Positions 48,202 to 58,189 of a stretch of DNA of 64,000 nt are shown here, one piece after another; position 1 is the first letter of the stretch; each line of letters opens with the position of its first letter. Origin of the DNA: Polyangiaceae bacterium (lineage in GTDB: Bacteria > Myxococcota_A > Polyangia > Polyangiales > Polyangiaceae). Location of the stretch: contig JADJRH010000002.1 of the NCBI GenBank assembly GCA_016712345.1, positions 136,466 to 200,465 on the forward strand. Direction: 5' to 3'. The notes beneath the pieces were generated by a model. It ran no database searches. It had not been told where the DNA came from and was given only the letters and a program-made list of their open reading frames with translations. The position numbers and the translations under genes were made by a program.

Positions 48202-50319
48202 TCAAGCCTGGGGAGATTGCACCTCTGACTCCAGCGACGCGCGTGCCCCAGTCAGGTCAAACAGCCTTGATACCTGAAGCTCGTTCAACTGCTCCGCCGG
48301 TAGACATGGCTCGAACTTAGAAAGCGCCGTTTTGGCGGCAGCCTGCGCCGATTCGCGCAGGTCATTGCTGTTGGGTCTACCCTGCTCCTGAAAGCCCCGC
48401 AGCGTTTGCCTAACAGCCACAAGGCTCTTCCCCGCCTCGTCCACCAATGTCAGGTGCGTATTGCGAGCAATCGCGCGCCCACCCAATGCGCGCTCCAACA
48501 TACGCCCCAGAAGTGTGTTGGCCGCGCCCCCGGCAAACGTCCACCAAGTGATTGAGTCTTTGTCACTCAGCAAGGTTCGCCCTTCGCGCAAAAAACCATG
48601 TTCCGCGCGGCTTGTGGCAAGCACTTTGCGAGCGCGTTGTGAGCACCACGGCGCCGTCTCATCACTGAGCAGCACCCGTTTTATCGCTTGGCACAGCTCG
48701 TATCCAAGAAACCTCGGCCCGCCCGACCAACGCGGCGCCCGCCCGTCTTTGGTGGGGCGCACAATACAAATCCCCCTCTCCCACTCAATGTGCACCACCT
48801 CCCAAGCTTGCCCTGCCAAAACGAACGTGCTGTCTTTCCCGGTGGCAGTGATGGTACGCAAAAATGTTGCGTCCACCACACCAATTTCGCGCGCGTCGGC
48901 TTTGACGGTGATCATTCGCGGCGCGTCGAATACCGCATAAAGTGCCTCGAAGTTGGCTCGGCCATACCGCTTTTCGCCTTCGGTCCCGAGCCAAATCTTA
49001 CCATCTTGGTTCGCCAGGATCGTTCGGTCCAACATGGTGTCAATCAGAGCTTCGCGCTCCGTCGCCGCAATGTCAGAAAAGGCCGAACTGCCCTCAAACC
49101 AACCGGCAATATCCCCTCGAACTACGCCTCGACGCTCTACCGCCAACCCCAAAATCTGATGCGCCAGAATGTGATGCGCCCTCCGCCAAGGCTGAACCGG
49201 TTCTACCCATCCCTCCTTGAAGAGCTGCAACAGCGCCGCCGATTGAAGTAAGGTCGCATCGGTGGTCGCCAAAAACGTGCAGTTCGGGGTGGTGCCTTCC
49301 CGCCGACCTGTTCTACCCATCCGCTGCAAAAACGCGGCAACCGTGGGTGGACTGTCAACCTGAAGCACGTGGTCGAGGTCACCCACATCAATCCCCAGCT
49401 CCAGCGCGCTGGTAGCTACAATGACGCAGTCTTTCCCGTCTTGAAAGGCCCGCTCGGCGTCGCGCCGTTCAGTTGCGCCGAGCGAACCATGGGAGACAAA
49501 CGTGGTAACCCCACCTTGCCTCAAAAGGTTGCCCAATTCTTCAGCCTTGCGCCGCGAGTCAACAAACGCGAGCCGCTTTTTTCCAGGGTGAAGTGCCCGC
49601 ACCAACGTGGCGGCGTTTTCAAGCGAGCCCACGTAGTCCAATGTCAAGTCAGGTTTTTTTCGAGCGCCGCCCGGGTCTACCATTTCACCCGGCCGCGTGG
49701 AGCTGCCTCGCATCCATTGCAAGATCTCCTCTGGATTACCCACCGTGGCTGACAGACCAATTCGCTGCACATCGCGGCCACAAAACCGCGTAAAACGCTC
49801 CAACAATGCCGACAAATGAGCGCCTCGATCATCCCCTGCAAACGCGTGAATCTCGTCGATCACCACGGCGCGCAAACCTGAAAAGAGCGCGCGCGCCGGA
49901 ACGTTGGGGCTGATGAGCATTGCCTCCAACGATTCAGGTGTGGTGAGGAGAATATCAGCCGGGCTGGCCACAAACCGCTTTTTTGCGCTCGCCGTCACAT
50001 CTCCATGCCACTTAAAAACCCGCCGCCCCAACACCGATGCGTACCTTTCAAGCCGTTGTTCTTGGTTGTTGAGCAGCGCGCGAATAGGGCAAAGGTAGAT
50101 CACCGAAACCGGCCGCCAGTCGCCCTCGTCCATGGCTGACAGCAACGGAAAAAATGCCGCTTCGGTTTTTCCGCCCGCTGTGGGCGCCAACACAACACAG
50201 TTTTTCCCATCTAAAATGGTTTCAATCGCCCGCTCTTGAACCGGCCGCAGCGAGTTAAACCCAAGGGTGTGCACCACCTGATATTGAAACGCCGGGGTGA
50301 GCCGATCAAACGCGGTCAT
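48202..50319 (-). CDS. brxHI: BREX helicase BrxHI (Lhr-like DExH helicase)
   Basis: LAPTAGGKTEAAFFPLL (motif I), VIDEIHAF (DExH), TSALELGIDVGD and QRMGRTGRR (motif VI). ATGA overlap with brxD. Confidence 0.85.
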   Translation of the reverse strand: MTAFDRLTPAFQYQVVHTLGFNSLRPVQERAIETILDGKNCVVLAPTAGGKTEAAFFPLLSAMDEGDWRPVSVIYLCPIRALLNNQEQRLERYASVLGRRVFKWHGDVTASAKKRFVASPADILLTTPESLEAMLISPNVPARALFSGLRAVVIDEIHAFAGDDRGAHLSALLERFTRFCGRDVQRIGLSATVGNPEEILQWMRGSSTRPGEMVDPGGARKKPDLTLDYVGSLENAATLVRALHPGKKRLAFVDSRRKAEELGNLLRQGGVTTFVSHGSLGATERRDAERAFQDGKDCVIVATSALELGIDVGDLDHVLQVDSPPTVAAFLQRMGRTGRREGTTPNCTFLATTDATLLQSAALLQLFKEGWVEPVQPWRRAHHILAHQILGLAVERRGVVRGDIAGWFEGSSAFSDIAATEREALIDTMLDRTILANQDGKIWLGTEGEKRYGRANFEALYAVFDAPRMITVKADAREIGVVDATFLRTITATGKDSTFVLAGQAWEVVHIEWERGICIVRPTKDGRAPRWSGGPRFLGYELCQAIKRVLLSDETAPWCSQRARKVLATSRAEHGFLREGRTLLSDKDSITWWTFAGGAANTLLGRMLERALGGRAIARNTHLTLVDEAGKSLVAVRQTLRGFQEQGRPNSNDLRESAQAAAKTALSKFEPCLPAEQLNELQVSRLFDLTGARASLESEVQSPQA

Positions 50320-51659
50320 TCGGAGGTAGACTTGGTGTCTTGGCCAAGGTCGATCTGAATTTCATCGGCCGACCGAGCGATCCCGGCGGCGGCGCGTTCT
50401 TGGTCGTTCATTTCGCTGGGATCCACCCCCAGTGCCCCGTGCACCTCCGGCTCAAACTCAGGGTGCTCATCGACTTGGTCGAGCAGCGCCACAAGCCGCC
50501 GTAGGTAGATTCGCGGGGCTACCCCCACCTTACCACCCAAAACGCCCGCCACCTTGGTTGCAAGCGCGCGAAGCACCGGATCGCCCACTTTGGACAAAAT
50601 TCTGTCTTTGGCATCTGACGGGTAGATTTCGCGAACACGCGCTCCCACCGTGACGAGCTTTTCTAAGTCAAACGGCAGGAGTCGAATTTGTGGGGCACGC
50701 GCACTGTCGAACTTGGGGTCGGCGGCAAATGGAGTTTGCAACCGTTCTGCGAGCGCGGGTGCGCGCTTGATCCCCTGCGGTCCGTCAAAAAAAAGCGGCG
50801 TACCTGTGATGAGCACATAAAGCCCCGGGTAACGTTCAGCCGCGAGATCATCAATGAGTTGGCGGAGCGCATTCAGGCTTTTTTCTCGGTTGTCGGCCCG
50901 CACACGCTGAATGGTTTCCACTTCGTCGAGCACCAGTAAAAGCCCCTTGCGCCCTGTCTGTTTCAGCACTTCCAACTGGCCTCGAAAAAAGCCGGCGGCG
51001 CTGTCATTGTCAAGGTCGCCTTTCAGGTTGGCAACCCGCAGCACTCCCGCGCCCACGTTGGGTTGCCCCATGAGCCACGCAATCAACCCCTCGGCCACGG
51101 CATTGTCGCCGCGAACACGTGCCCCATGACAAGCGCGCAACGCCGCTGAAAATTGCGGTTGCGTGGCGCTCACATGCCGCAGCCGCTTTTCTAAAACATC
51201 CCCCACCTCTTTCTCAACGGCCTCCACGTTGTTCGGGTCGAGCTGACCCTGACCGAGCACTTCTTCTTCGAGTTGAAAAAACCACCGGTCTACCAGCGAC
51301 CGAAATGCACCGTCGGCCCACTCTTTGGTTTGGAGTGCCTCCATGGCCCGCCGGTAGACGGTTTCCATTCTGTAGAGGGGCGTGTCCAATTCAGAGATCT
51401 GAACCACAGCCGTGGCAAAACCTCTCTCCAACGCCCGGTGTTCAAGCCAACGAGCAAAAAAGGTCTTCCCTGTTCCGTATTCGCCTCGAACAGCTTTGAA
51501 TTTACCTTTACCGGTGGCCACCGTTTCAAGTTCTTCATCAACGGCTTTTTCAAACCGTTCAAGCCCCACGGCAAACAATTCAAGCCCGCGCCGCGGCACC
51601 GTACCAATGCGCAGGGCGTCGATAATTTCTCTTCGTTTAAGCAGGCTCGGCCCTGTCAT
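50316..51659 (-). CDS. brxD: BREX ATPase BrxD
   Basis: 447 aa with Walker A GEYGTGKTFFA and Walker B LLVLDEVE. Size and position after pglZ match BrxD of type 2/6 BREX. ATGA overlaps with both neighbours. Confidence 0.75.
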   Translation of the reverse strand: MTGPSLLKRREIIDALRIGTVPRRGLELFAVGLERFEKAVDEELETVATGKGKFKAVRGEYGTGKTFFARWLEHRALERGFATAVVQISELDTPLYRMETVYRRAMEALQTKEWADGAFRSLVDRWFFQLEEEVLGQGQLDPNNVEAVEKEVGDVLEKRLRHVSATQPQFSAALRACHGARVRGDNAVAEGLIAWLMGQPNVGAGVLRVANLKGDLDNDSAAGFFRGQLEVLKQTGRKGLLLVLDEVETIQRVRADNREKSLNALRQLIDDLAAERYPGLYVLITGTPLFFDGPQGIKRAPALAERLQTPFAADPKFDSARAPQIRLLPFDLEKLVTVGARVREIYPSDAKDRILSKVGDPVLRALATKVAGVLGGKVGVAPRIYLRRLVALLDQVDEHPEFEPEVHGALGVDPSEMNDQERAAAGIARSADEIQIDLGQDTKSTSE

Positions 51660-54455
51660 TCAGCCACCTCGAATAGCAGCTTCAACTTGGCGCTGTCCAA
51701 TGTGACCTGCTGGGATACACTGTCAAACCGCACCACTTCATATCCATCGACATTCAGGGTTTCTTGCAGTTTGGCCACAAAGCCCGGTACCCGACGCGGC
51801 AGCAACTCCATTCGCGCGCCAAACGCCGCGCCGCTCGCTGAGCCGGCTTTTTCAAGCAAAAAGTCCACAGCCGACACCACCTCTTTGCGCCGCGCCGCGT
51901 CCGGGGCCCGCGCTTCGAGCACTTTGGATTTGGAAAATGCGGTGGCCGCCGCCGACGGCACGGGAGCCTTGGGTGGGGGAAGGGTAGGTCGCTTGGACGG
52001 CGTTTTGGTAGGTTCGGCCAAAGGCAGCAGCGTCAGTTGATTGGGGTTGGTCTTGGGAGGTTTTTGCGGGGTCGCCGGCGGAGTGGCAACAGCCTCGGTG
52101 GACTTGACGGATAGGTGCCAAAACGTGGGCACATACAGCGGTCGAATGGCAAGTGCTTCGTCTCCGCCCGGACCCTGTAAATCCTCGGCCCCGGCGAGCA
52201 CGCAGGGGGCCACAATTTCAGCGAGCGACGCACCTCCGTGTTCCCCGGCGTGCCCTGAACCTCCCCATCGAACGGTGTCGTCTACCATCAGCGCCACACC
52301 CCATGCCCCTTTGGGAGCCCAGGCCCGCCCGGCCGGAAACTTTACCTCAAAGTCTTCGATCGCCGTCTTTTCAGATGGCAATGGTCGCCACCGCGCCCCA
52401 CCGGAGATGCCCCCTTTGGACTCCAACAAGTCGGCAGGTACGTGCCCATGGTCCGCAGCAAAAAGCACAGCTCGTCCGCAGGCGCGCGCTTTTTCAAGCA
52501 GATCTGCGAGCGAAGCAATGTTGTCTACTCCCCACGGGTGCCTTGTTGCCGGGTTGCCTTTTAGAGAGTCATCAATGGAGTTGAGTACCACCGCCACCAC
52601 CCGCTGATCGGTGTCTTCGACAAGTCGAAGAGCCTCTTCGGTGGCCGCGCCGCCTTTGGTTTGACTCTCCGCGCGGAGCAGCAACGTGGGTGCGCTCGTG
52701 CCGGGAAAAAACTTGTGCATGACCTTGTTGTCACGAAAGCGCTCGCGGTCTTTTTGTGTATCTTCCACCTTGCCCGGTGTCGCTTGTCGACTTGCAAAAA
52801 AGGCCGTTCGGCTCACCTCGGTGATCGATGGTACAGCCGCCAATACCACCGGCACCAGACCCGATCCAATTCTACCCTTTTTTGTACCATGCCACGCGAG
52901 TTGACCCCACCCGCGTTGCGACAGGGAGTCAAATAGCTCCACCGCCTGCGCCCACGCCATTCCATCGAGTAACAGGATCAATAACCGTCTGTCAGGCGCC
53001 TCTTCCAAAAACCTACCTGCCACTCGCTCAAGTGCGCGGTCAATGGGTAAAACCGCATGGGCAGGTTGGCCTGTCGCTACCCATTCTGTCAGGGCCCGCG
53101 CAAATGTCCGGTCCATTGAACGGCGCAGCTCGTCGGCCGCCCGCACCACCGCTTGCACTCCCTGTCCAAACACAGTGTCGGTTGTTCCGCGCGCCGCTCG
53201 CCGCGCCCAGTCCACATACCCACCCTCTTGGGTATACCAGGTGCCCAGGGTTTCAACCGCATCGTGGGGAGATGTTCCCATGGGAAGGTGGGTTGGATGG
53301 GTAGACAGCCATGCCAGCAGCCGCACCGCCATCCAAGCCCGTTCCAAGTGACGTTCACTCCCGGCTTCGGCAGCGAGCGAGTGCCCATCCACCGATTGAA
53401 GCCGCCGCTCCGCGAGGCGAACAGCTTCCACCGAAGGCTGTTTGGCGCCTTCCAAAAGAGCTTGTCCCAACGCGGTTAACCTTGCTGTGAGCGACGAAGG
53501 CAGCCGCGTGCTTGGCTCAAGTGCGGCTCGAATTTCACTGTCATCCACCAAGTCTTCGGCACCGCGCACCGCAGCCCGAACCTCGGCCGCGCCCGCCTTT
53601 CGTTCAATGTAGCGCAGCGCGGCGCCCGCAGCGGTTCCAAGTGCGTTGGGTACCGCCGCAAGGGCAACTTCGTCCTTTAGACCGAGGTCCATTTTGAGCC
53701 GCTGCTTGATCCACATGCGCACCGCATCGCTCGGTGACGTGGTGAGCGCCTCAAACAAGATCGCATATTGCAAAAGGCGCGCGCCTTTACCCTGTTCCCA
53801 TGCGAGCCATGCCAAAGGTCCTGCCGGCCCCAGCGACCGACCGAGCCATGTCAGACACTCTTCGCGAACACCGGGTAGAGCGCCTGCCCCATCAAGAAAT
53901 GCCTTGCTTCGAAGGTCGAGCGCGGCCCAGGCGAGCAACGCATCAAGAGCCATCCCCCCTTCGGTATCCAGACCCAACTCCGTGCGCAACCATACAGTCC
54001 ACAGAAGGTCATGGGTAAGTCGCCCCTCGCGCACAGAGAGCCGCTTGTTCGCTGAAGGACGCAAAAGCCACGGCGCAAGCGCGCTCTTTTTGGCTTCAAT
54101 ATCCACCTCACCTACCCCAAACAAAACTTTGAGCCGCGCTTCAGTATCCACACGAATCACGCGGCCACGTCGAGCAAACCGGCCCGCCAAGTCGAGCGGC
54201 AGAGGTTCTGTCCACGGGACAAGGTAAACTGCCCACGGATCTTCTTTTTTCTAAAGGGGGAAGAAGCGACCGAAGCTCCAACTCACTCCGAACTGGAATC
54301 ACCTCCAGATCGGGCGCCTGACTCACCTTCAGCATCTGACAGTCGCCCGTTCCAAACACCGCAAACAGGTGGTGGGCTCGGTCGACCTCCAGACAGCGTC
54401 GAACGATCTCTTCTAAATCCCGCGCTTCAAGCCGAGGGAGATCGCTTTCGGTCAT
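51656..54455 (-). pseudogene. pglZ: BREX alkaline-phosphatase-family protein PglZ, split by a +1 frameshift in an A6 tract (T6 on the + strand at 54245-54250). The two reading frames are 54141-54455 and 51656-54250.
   Basis: The 844-aa ORF has PglZ motifs (LLLDGMAWAQ, FAADHGHV) but begins at a TTG. The 104-aa upstream ORF starts with an ATGA overlap onto pglY. Deleting one A makes ...LLPPLEKEDPWAVYLVPWTEP... a continuous ~932-aa PglZ. Confidence 0.8.
54245..54250 (-). repeat. Poly(A)6 homopolymer (coding strand) at the pglZ frameshift site
   Basis: cttcttttttctaaaggggg on the + strand. The frames switch exactly here. Confidence 0.8.
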
Positions 54456-57400
54456 GATTTACGCCTCCAAACGAGCCGAACCGAACCTACCATTTCTACA
54501 TCGTCTCCGGCCGCGGTCAGGGCTGACTTTACTTGATCTACCCATTGGGCCAAAGCCTCCTGCGAAGCTGCTTTCCCCTTGGCCTGTATGGGAAGATTTT
54601 TTTCTTCTGCTCCGATGGGTAGAGGTGCCACCGCCACCGAAACGCCGAGGCCGGCGCCCTTTGTCAAGTCGGGTTTCGGCTTGAGCAAAAGCAGTGCTTC
54701 TTTGGCGAGTTCGCGCACGCGCGGGCCTATCTTTTGGTGCAATTCATCTTGCCGAAGGGCCTGACCCAACCCGTCAAGCAATTCTTCCCCGCCCGCACCA
54801 TCAGGGCGACAGCGCACCTGGTCCAACGTCCCCCACCCAAGGTCGTCTTTGACCTCGCGCACCGCGTCGTCCGCACCGGCAAACGAGTCTGCCAACGCTC
54901 GACCGCTTGTTTTCGGCTCAAATGCGGCCAGTGTTTCGACCAGCGCTTTGCCCTTTTTTCCGGCCAGTTGAGCCGACAGATCGTCGCCGCTCCGCGCGGT
55001 GACAAGGCGATCGGGTTCACCCGCAATGCCCAGTTGAGCGAGGCGCTGCGCCAAGAGCCCTGGCAATTGCATGGCGGCGGTTTGTTTTGGCTTAAAATAA
55101 CCGACCACCAGCGCTTCAAGCTTTTTCAGGTTGTCCCCGTGAAGCGCCCGACCCGAAAGGGTGATCCCAAAATCGCCGGCGCGGTTTAACGCCGCCATCC
55201 ACATGGCATGGGTAGGTAGGTCAGGTTGTTCTAGCACCACATGGTCGGGAATCTCCTGCCCCGGTTTCACCTCGTAGGGTAGGTCACCCGTGAGCAGTGT
55301 GCGCGCCGACCACCGCGCGTAACACCGCACCACCAAGTCCAATGCGTCGTCCTGCAAACCGCGAGCGCCTGTGTCATCAATCCAAGAACGCACTTCACCC
55401 ACTTCGGGCCTTGCCAGCGCCTTTTTTTGGCGCAGATTTTCTAACCGTTGCAGAGTGTCGTCTTCGCGCAAAAAGGCTTTGTCTTCGGTCACGCGCACAA
55501 GCCCCAGCTCGCCCAAAAAGCCGCGCATCAGGTCAGCCGTTTCGCGGTCCACCGCAATGCTCTTGTCTTCTGAATCTACAATTTCACCAAACCGGGCAAC
55601 TAGCAATTCAACAATTGTTTTGGTGAGTTTTCTGGGGAACTTGGGGTGTAGCCTATACCGCGATGCGAGCAGCTCATCGGCATACCTATACACCGCGTCG
55701 CCCAACGTGGCCGCGAGTTGAAATCGCACCTGAACACCGGGTTTGAGCACATGCACGTGCGTTTCAACCGCGTTGGACAGGTCTAAATCGCCTTCACGCG
55801 GTTTTACCAATCCGTACGCTTGTTCTAACACCTGACGAATGCGGTTTTGTTTTTGCGCCTGAAGGTTGATAAGATTTGTCACCGCGCCTTCTTGTTGTTT
55901 GGGCGCCAAATGCGAAACGTATTGTCGCGTGGTCGCGCGGTCGCTCAAAATGTGCTCGAGCACCACAAGATCGCCAAGTACCCGCACCATTTCTTTTGAG
56001 AAAAAAGTGGGTAGCCAAACAATTGTCCACGTGCCCGCCGCGTGCCCTTGCAAAAAGGTGTCGAGCGTTTTTTCGTCGTCCCCCGGACCATACCCATCGT
56101 CGTCAAATGGGTAGTCCACAATCAGTCGAAAGTCGTGACCGGGCGGACACAAGAGCAGATCTGCCGACATTTTGCGCACATTTCCAAACCGCAGGTGACC
56201 GCACCGCGTGGTTCCGCGAAAGTCGTCGTGTTTGAGATCTTTGCCCCAGTCGGGTACACCCTCAATGCCCAACGCCTTAAAAAGAAGGTCTTTGAGCACG
56301 CGTTGCCGAGCGCTTGGAGTATCAAACTGCCGCGCCTGTTCTAGAATCGGCCCGGTTTCTACCCCGTCAATGTCCACCCGCACCGTCGGATCGGTTTGGA
56401 CGCCCACGTGCAGTTGAGCGATGTTACCGGTGCTCGCCCAGTTGCGAAGTTTTTGAGCAACAAGCGTCACTTCCGTCCCAGGGATGGGGGCGCGCAGCGA
56501 CCCGTGGTTGAGTTGAACCAACTTGCTCGCTGTCAGTTCTTTCAGGGCCGGCCGCTCAGAAATAAGCGCCGCGACAAGTAAGGTTTTGGCCAGTCGATTG
56601 TCGGCTCGACAAGCCCTTTCTGGGCAATTGGAGCACCCAATCCGAGCGGGGTGGTCGGGCCGCAACCGCTGGCACCTGTCGGGGCTTGTGGTGCCGTTCG
56701 CGTGTTGAATCACGGGTAGAAATTGATATGTGTAGAGCTGTTTGGCGGCATCAAACCGGGCGCGCATAATGCCATCGGTTGAGTCGTCGCCCCCGGCGAT
56801 CACATCAAACAGATCGCCCACCCCCACCACATCTCCCATTTGGAGATCTTCCACATGCTCCACAAGCAGCTCGGTCAACAGTCGAATGGCCGTGCGTTCG
56901 CGTTGGAGCGAACTTGAAAGCGCCACCAGCGCATCCATCAGCACCGGGCTAAATGGGTAGAGTCGCCGAAACTCTTTTTCATCCAACTCGCCCAGGAGAA
57001 GCTGCCACGCGTTGTCACCCAACTTGGCGCGCATGGTTTTAAACGCGTCGTCGAGGGCTTTTTTGGCCGCGTCCCCCTTGGGTTTTAGAATGCGCTTTTC
57101 AGCAATCGCGGGTAGGTTGCGATCTTCCAGCAGCAACGTGTCAAACCGGCCTTCTGACCATTTGAGCGAGTCGCGAACAAGGGCGTTTTGCATCCCTTCA
57201 TGATCGCGGCCCACCAGTTCTGCCAAGTCACGCTGCCGCGCAATAAAGCTGATAAACGGCACCTGACGGTGCGAGTCCTGCGCTTCAACAAGTTTGACAA
57301 CCTTTTGCACTTCAGTATGAAAAAAGGTGAGGTTCCCCACGTGGGTGGCGAGCCACAAAATCAACTCGTCCAAAAACAAAACCACCCCTTCATACCCAAG

Positions 57401-58168
57401 TGACTTGGCATGCCTCGCCAGGGTAGAAAGCCCTTCATCCAAATCAACGAACTGCCGGCTTTCGTCGGCAAAAGCACCAAAACGCGTGCGCACAAGAGCA
57501 TTAAACAACGCCTCGCGCTCGCGCGGATCTGTAGAGGCCGCCACCGCGTCAAACCGCGCGCGCGACCACAGATCTCCCTCCGCAATATCACCCCACCCGG
57601 CCGACTCTTTGCCCGCGTTCATGGGTTGAAAAAACCGTTCATCCCCCAGTTCGCCAAGCATGCGGCGCGCATCGTCAAACAACTTTTCATCCGCAAACAC
57701 ACCGGGTAGAGGCGCGTTGGGATGAAGCCGCTTCACCGTGTCGATGTATCTACCAAAAATGGCACTTTCGAGATTGCCGCCGTGACCAATCAGGTGAAAC
57801 CGCAGTTGAAGGAGCTTTGTGGTGCCGCAAAAACCATGTTTTTCACGCAAGACATGCAATTCTGGAATGCGCCATGCGTGCTCGTCGCCTTCGAGGAGGA
57901 GAGAAAGCAGCGCCATAAAGTGCGACTTGCCGCTGCCAAAACTACCCTGTAAAAACCCGGCCCGGCTTCGCCCGTCGCGCAGCGCGCCGCCCACCAAATC
58001 GAGCGATTTATGAAAGGCGCCCAGCAATGCGGGCGTGACAACGTACGTTTCAGCCGTGACCTTGGGTTGAGTGACAGCGCGTGACAACTCTTCCACAAAG
58101 CCGATTTTGTGAACCGACTGGGGAAGGTCAAACAGGTCTTTCACTCGGTTTTTAACGGGGGTAGCCAT
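54452..58168 (-). CDS. pglY: BREX P-loop ATPase PglY/BrxC (1238 aa)
   Basis: N-terminal GSFGSGKSHFMALL Walker A, as in BrxC/PglY. Size is typical at ~1200 aa. It sits 22 nt downstream of pglX with a GGAG Shine-Dalgarno. Confidence 0.85.
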   Translation of the reverse strand: MATPVKNRVKDLFDLPQSVHKIGFVEELSRAVTQPKVTAETYVVTPALLGAFHKSLDLVGGALRDGRSRAGFLQGSFGSGKSHFMALLSLLLEGDEHAWRIPELHVLREKHGFCGTTKLLQLRFHLIGHGGNLESAIFGRYIDTVKRLHPNAPLPGVFADEKLFDDARRMLGELGDERFFQPMNAGKESAGWGDIAEGDLWSRARFDAVAASTDPREREALFNALVRTRFGAFADESRQFVDLDEGLSTLARHAKSLGYEGVVLFLDELILWLATHVGNLTFFHTEVQKVVKLVEAQDSHRQVPFISFIARQRDLAELVGRDHEGMQNALVRDSLKWSEGRFDTLLLEDRNLPAIAEKRILKPKGDAAKKALDDAFKTMRAKLGDNAWQLLLGELDEKEFRRLYPFSPVLMDALVALSSSLQRERTAIRLLTELLVEHVEDLQMGDVVGVGDLFDVIAGGDDSTDGIMRARFDAAKQLYTYQFLPVIQHANGTTSPDRCQRLRPDHPARIGCSNCPERACRADNRLAKTLLVAALISERPALKELTASKLVQLNHGSLRAPIPGTEVTLVAQKLRNWASTGNIAQLHVGVQTDPTVRVDIDGVETGPILEQARQFDTPSARQRVLKDLLFKALGIEGVPDWGKDLKHDDFRGTTRCGHLRFGNVRKMSADLLLCPPGHDFRLIVDYPFDDDGYGPGDDEKTLDTFLQGHAAGTWTIVWLPTFFSKEMVRVLGDLVVLEHILSDRATTRQYVSHLAPKQQEGAVTNLINLQAQKQNRIRQVLEQAYGLVKPREGDLDLSNAVETHVHVLKPGVQVRFQLAATLGDAVYRYADELLASRYRLHPKFPRKLTKTIVELLVARFGEIVDSEDKSIAVDRETADLMRGFLGELGLVRVTEDKAFLREDDTLQRLENLRQKKALARPEVGEVRSWIDDTGARGLQDDALDLVVRCYARWSARTLLTGDLPYEVKPGQEIPDHVVLEQPDLPTHAMWMAALNRAGDFGITLSGRALHGDNLKKLEALVVGYFKPKQTAAMQLPGLLAQRLAQLGIAGEPDRLVTARSGDDLSAQLAGKKGKALVETLAAFEPKTSGRALADSFAGADDAVREVKDDLGWGTLDQVRCRPDGAGGEELLDGLGQALRQDELHQKIGPRVRELAKEALLLLKPKPDLTKGAGLGVSVAVAPLPIGAEEKNLPIQAKGKAASQEALAQWVDQVKSALTAAGDDVEMVGSVRLVWRRKS

Positions 58169-58189
58169 GGTACACTTGCTCCAACAACC

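Noticed and set aside
54190-54190. Treating the TTG at 54190 as the genuine pglZ start
   Set aside because: It is a weak start with no Shine-Dalgarno. The upstream ORF, which is ATGA-coupled to pglY, fuses in-frame with it after removing one A from the A6 tract, giving a far better PglZ N-terminus.
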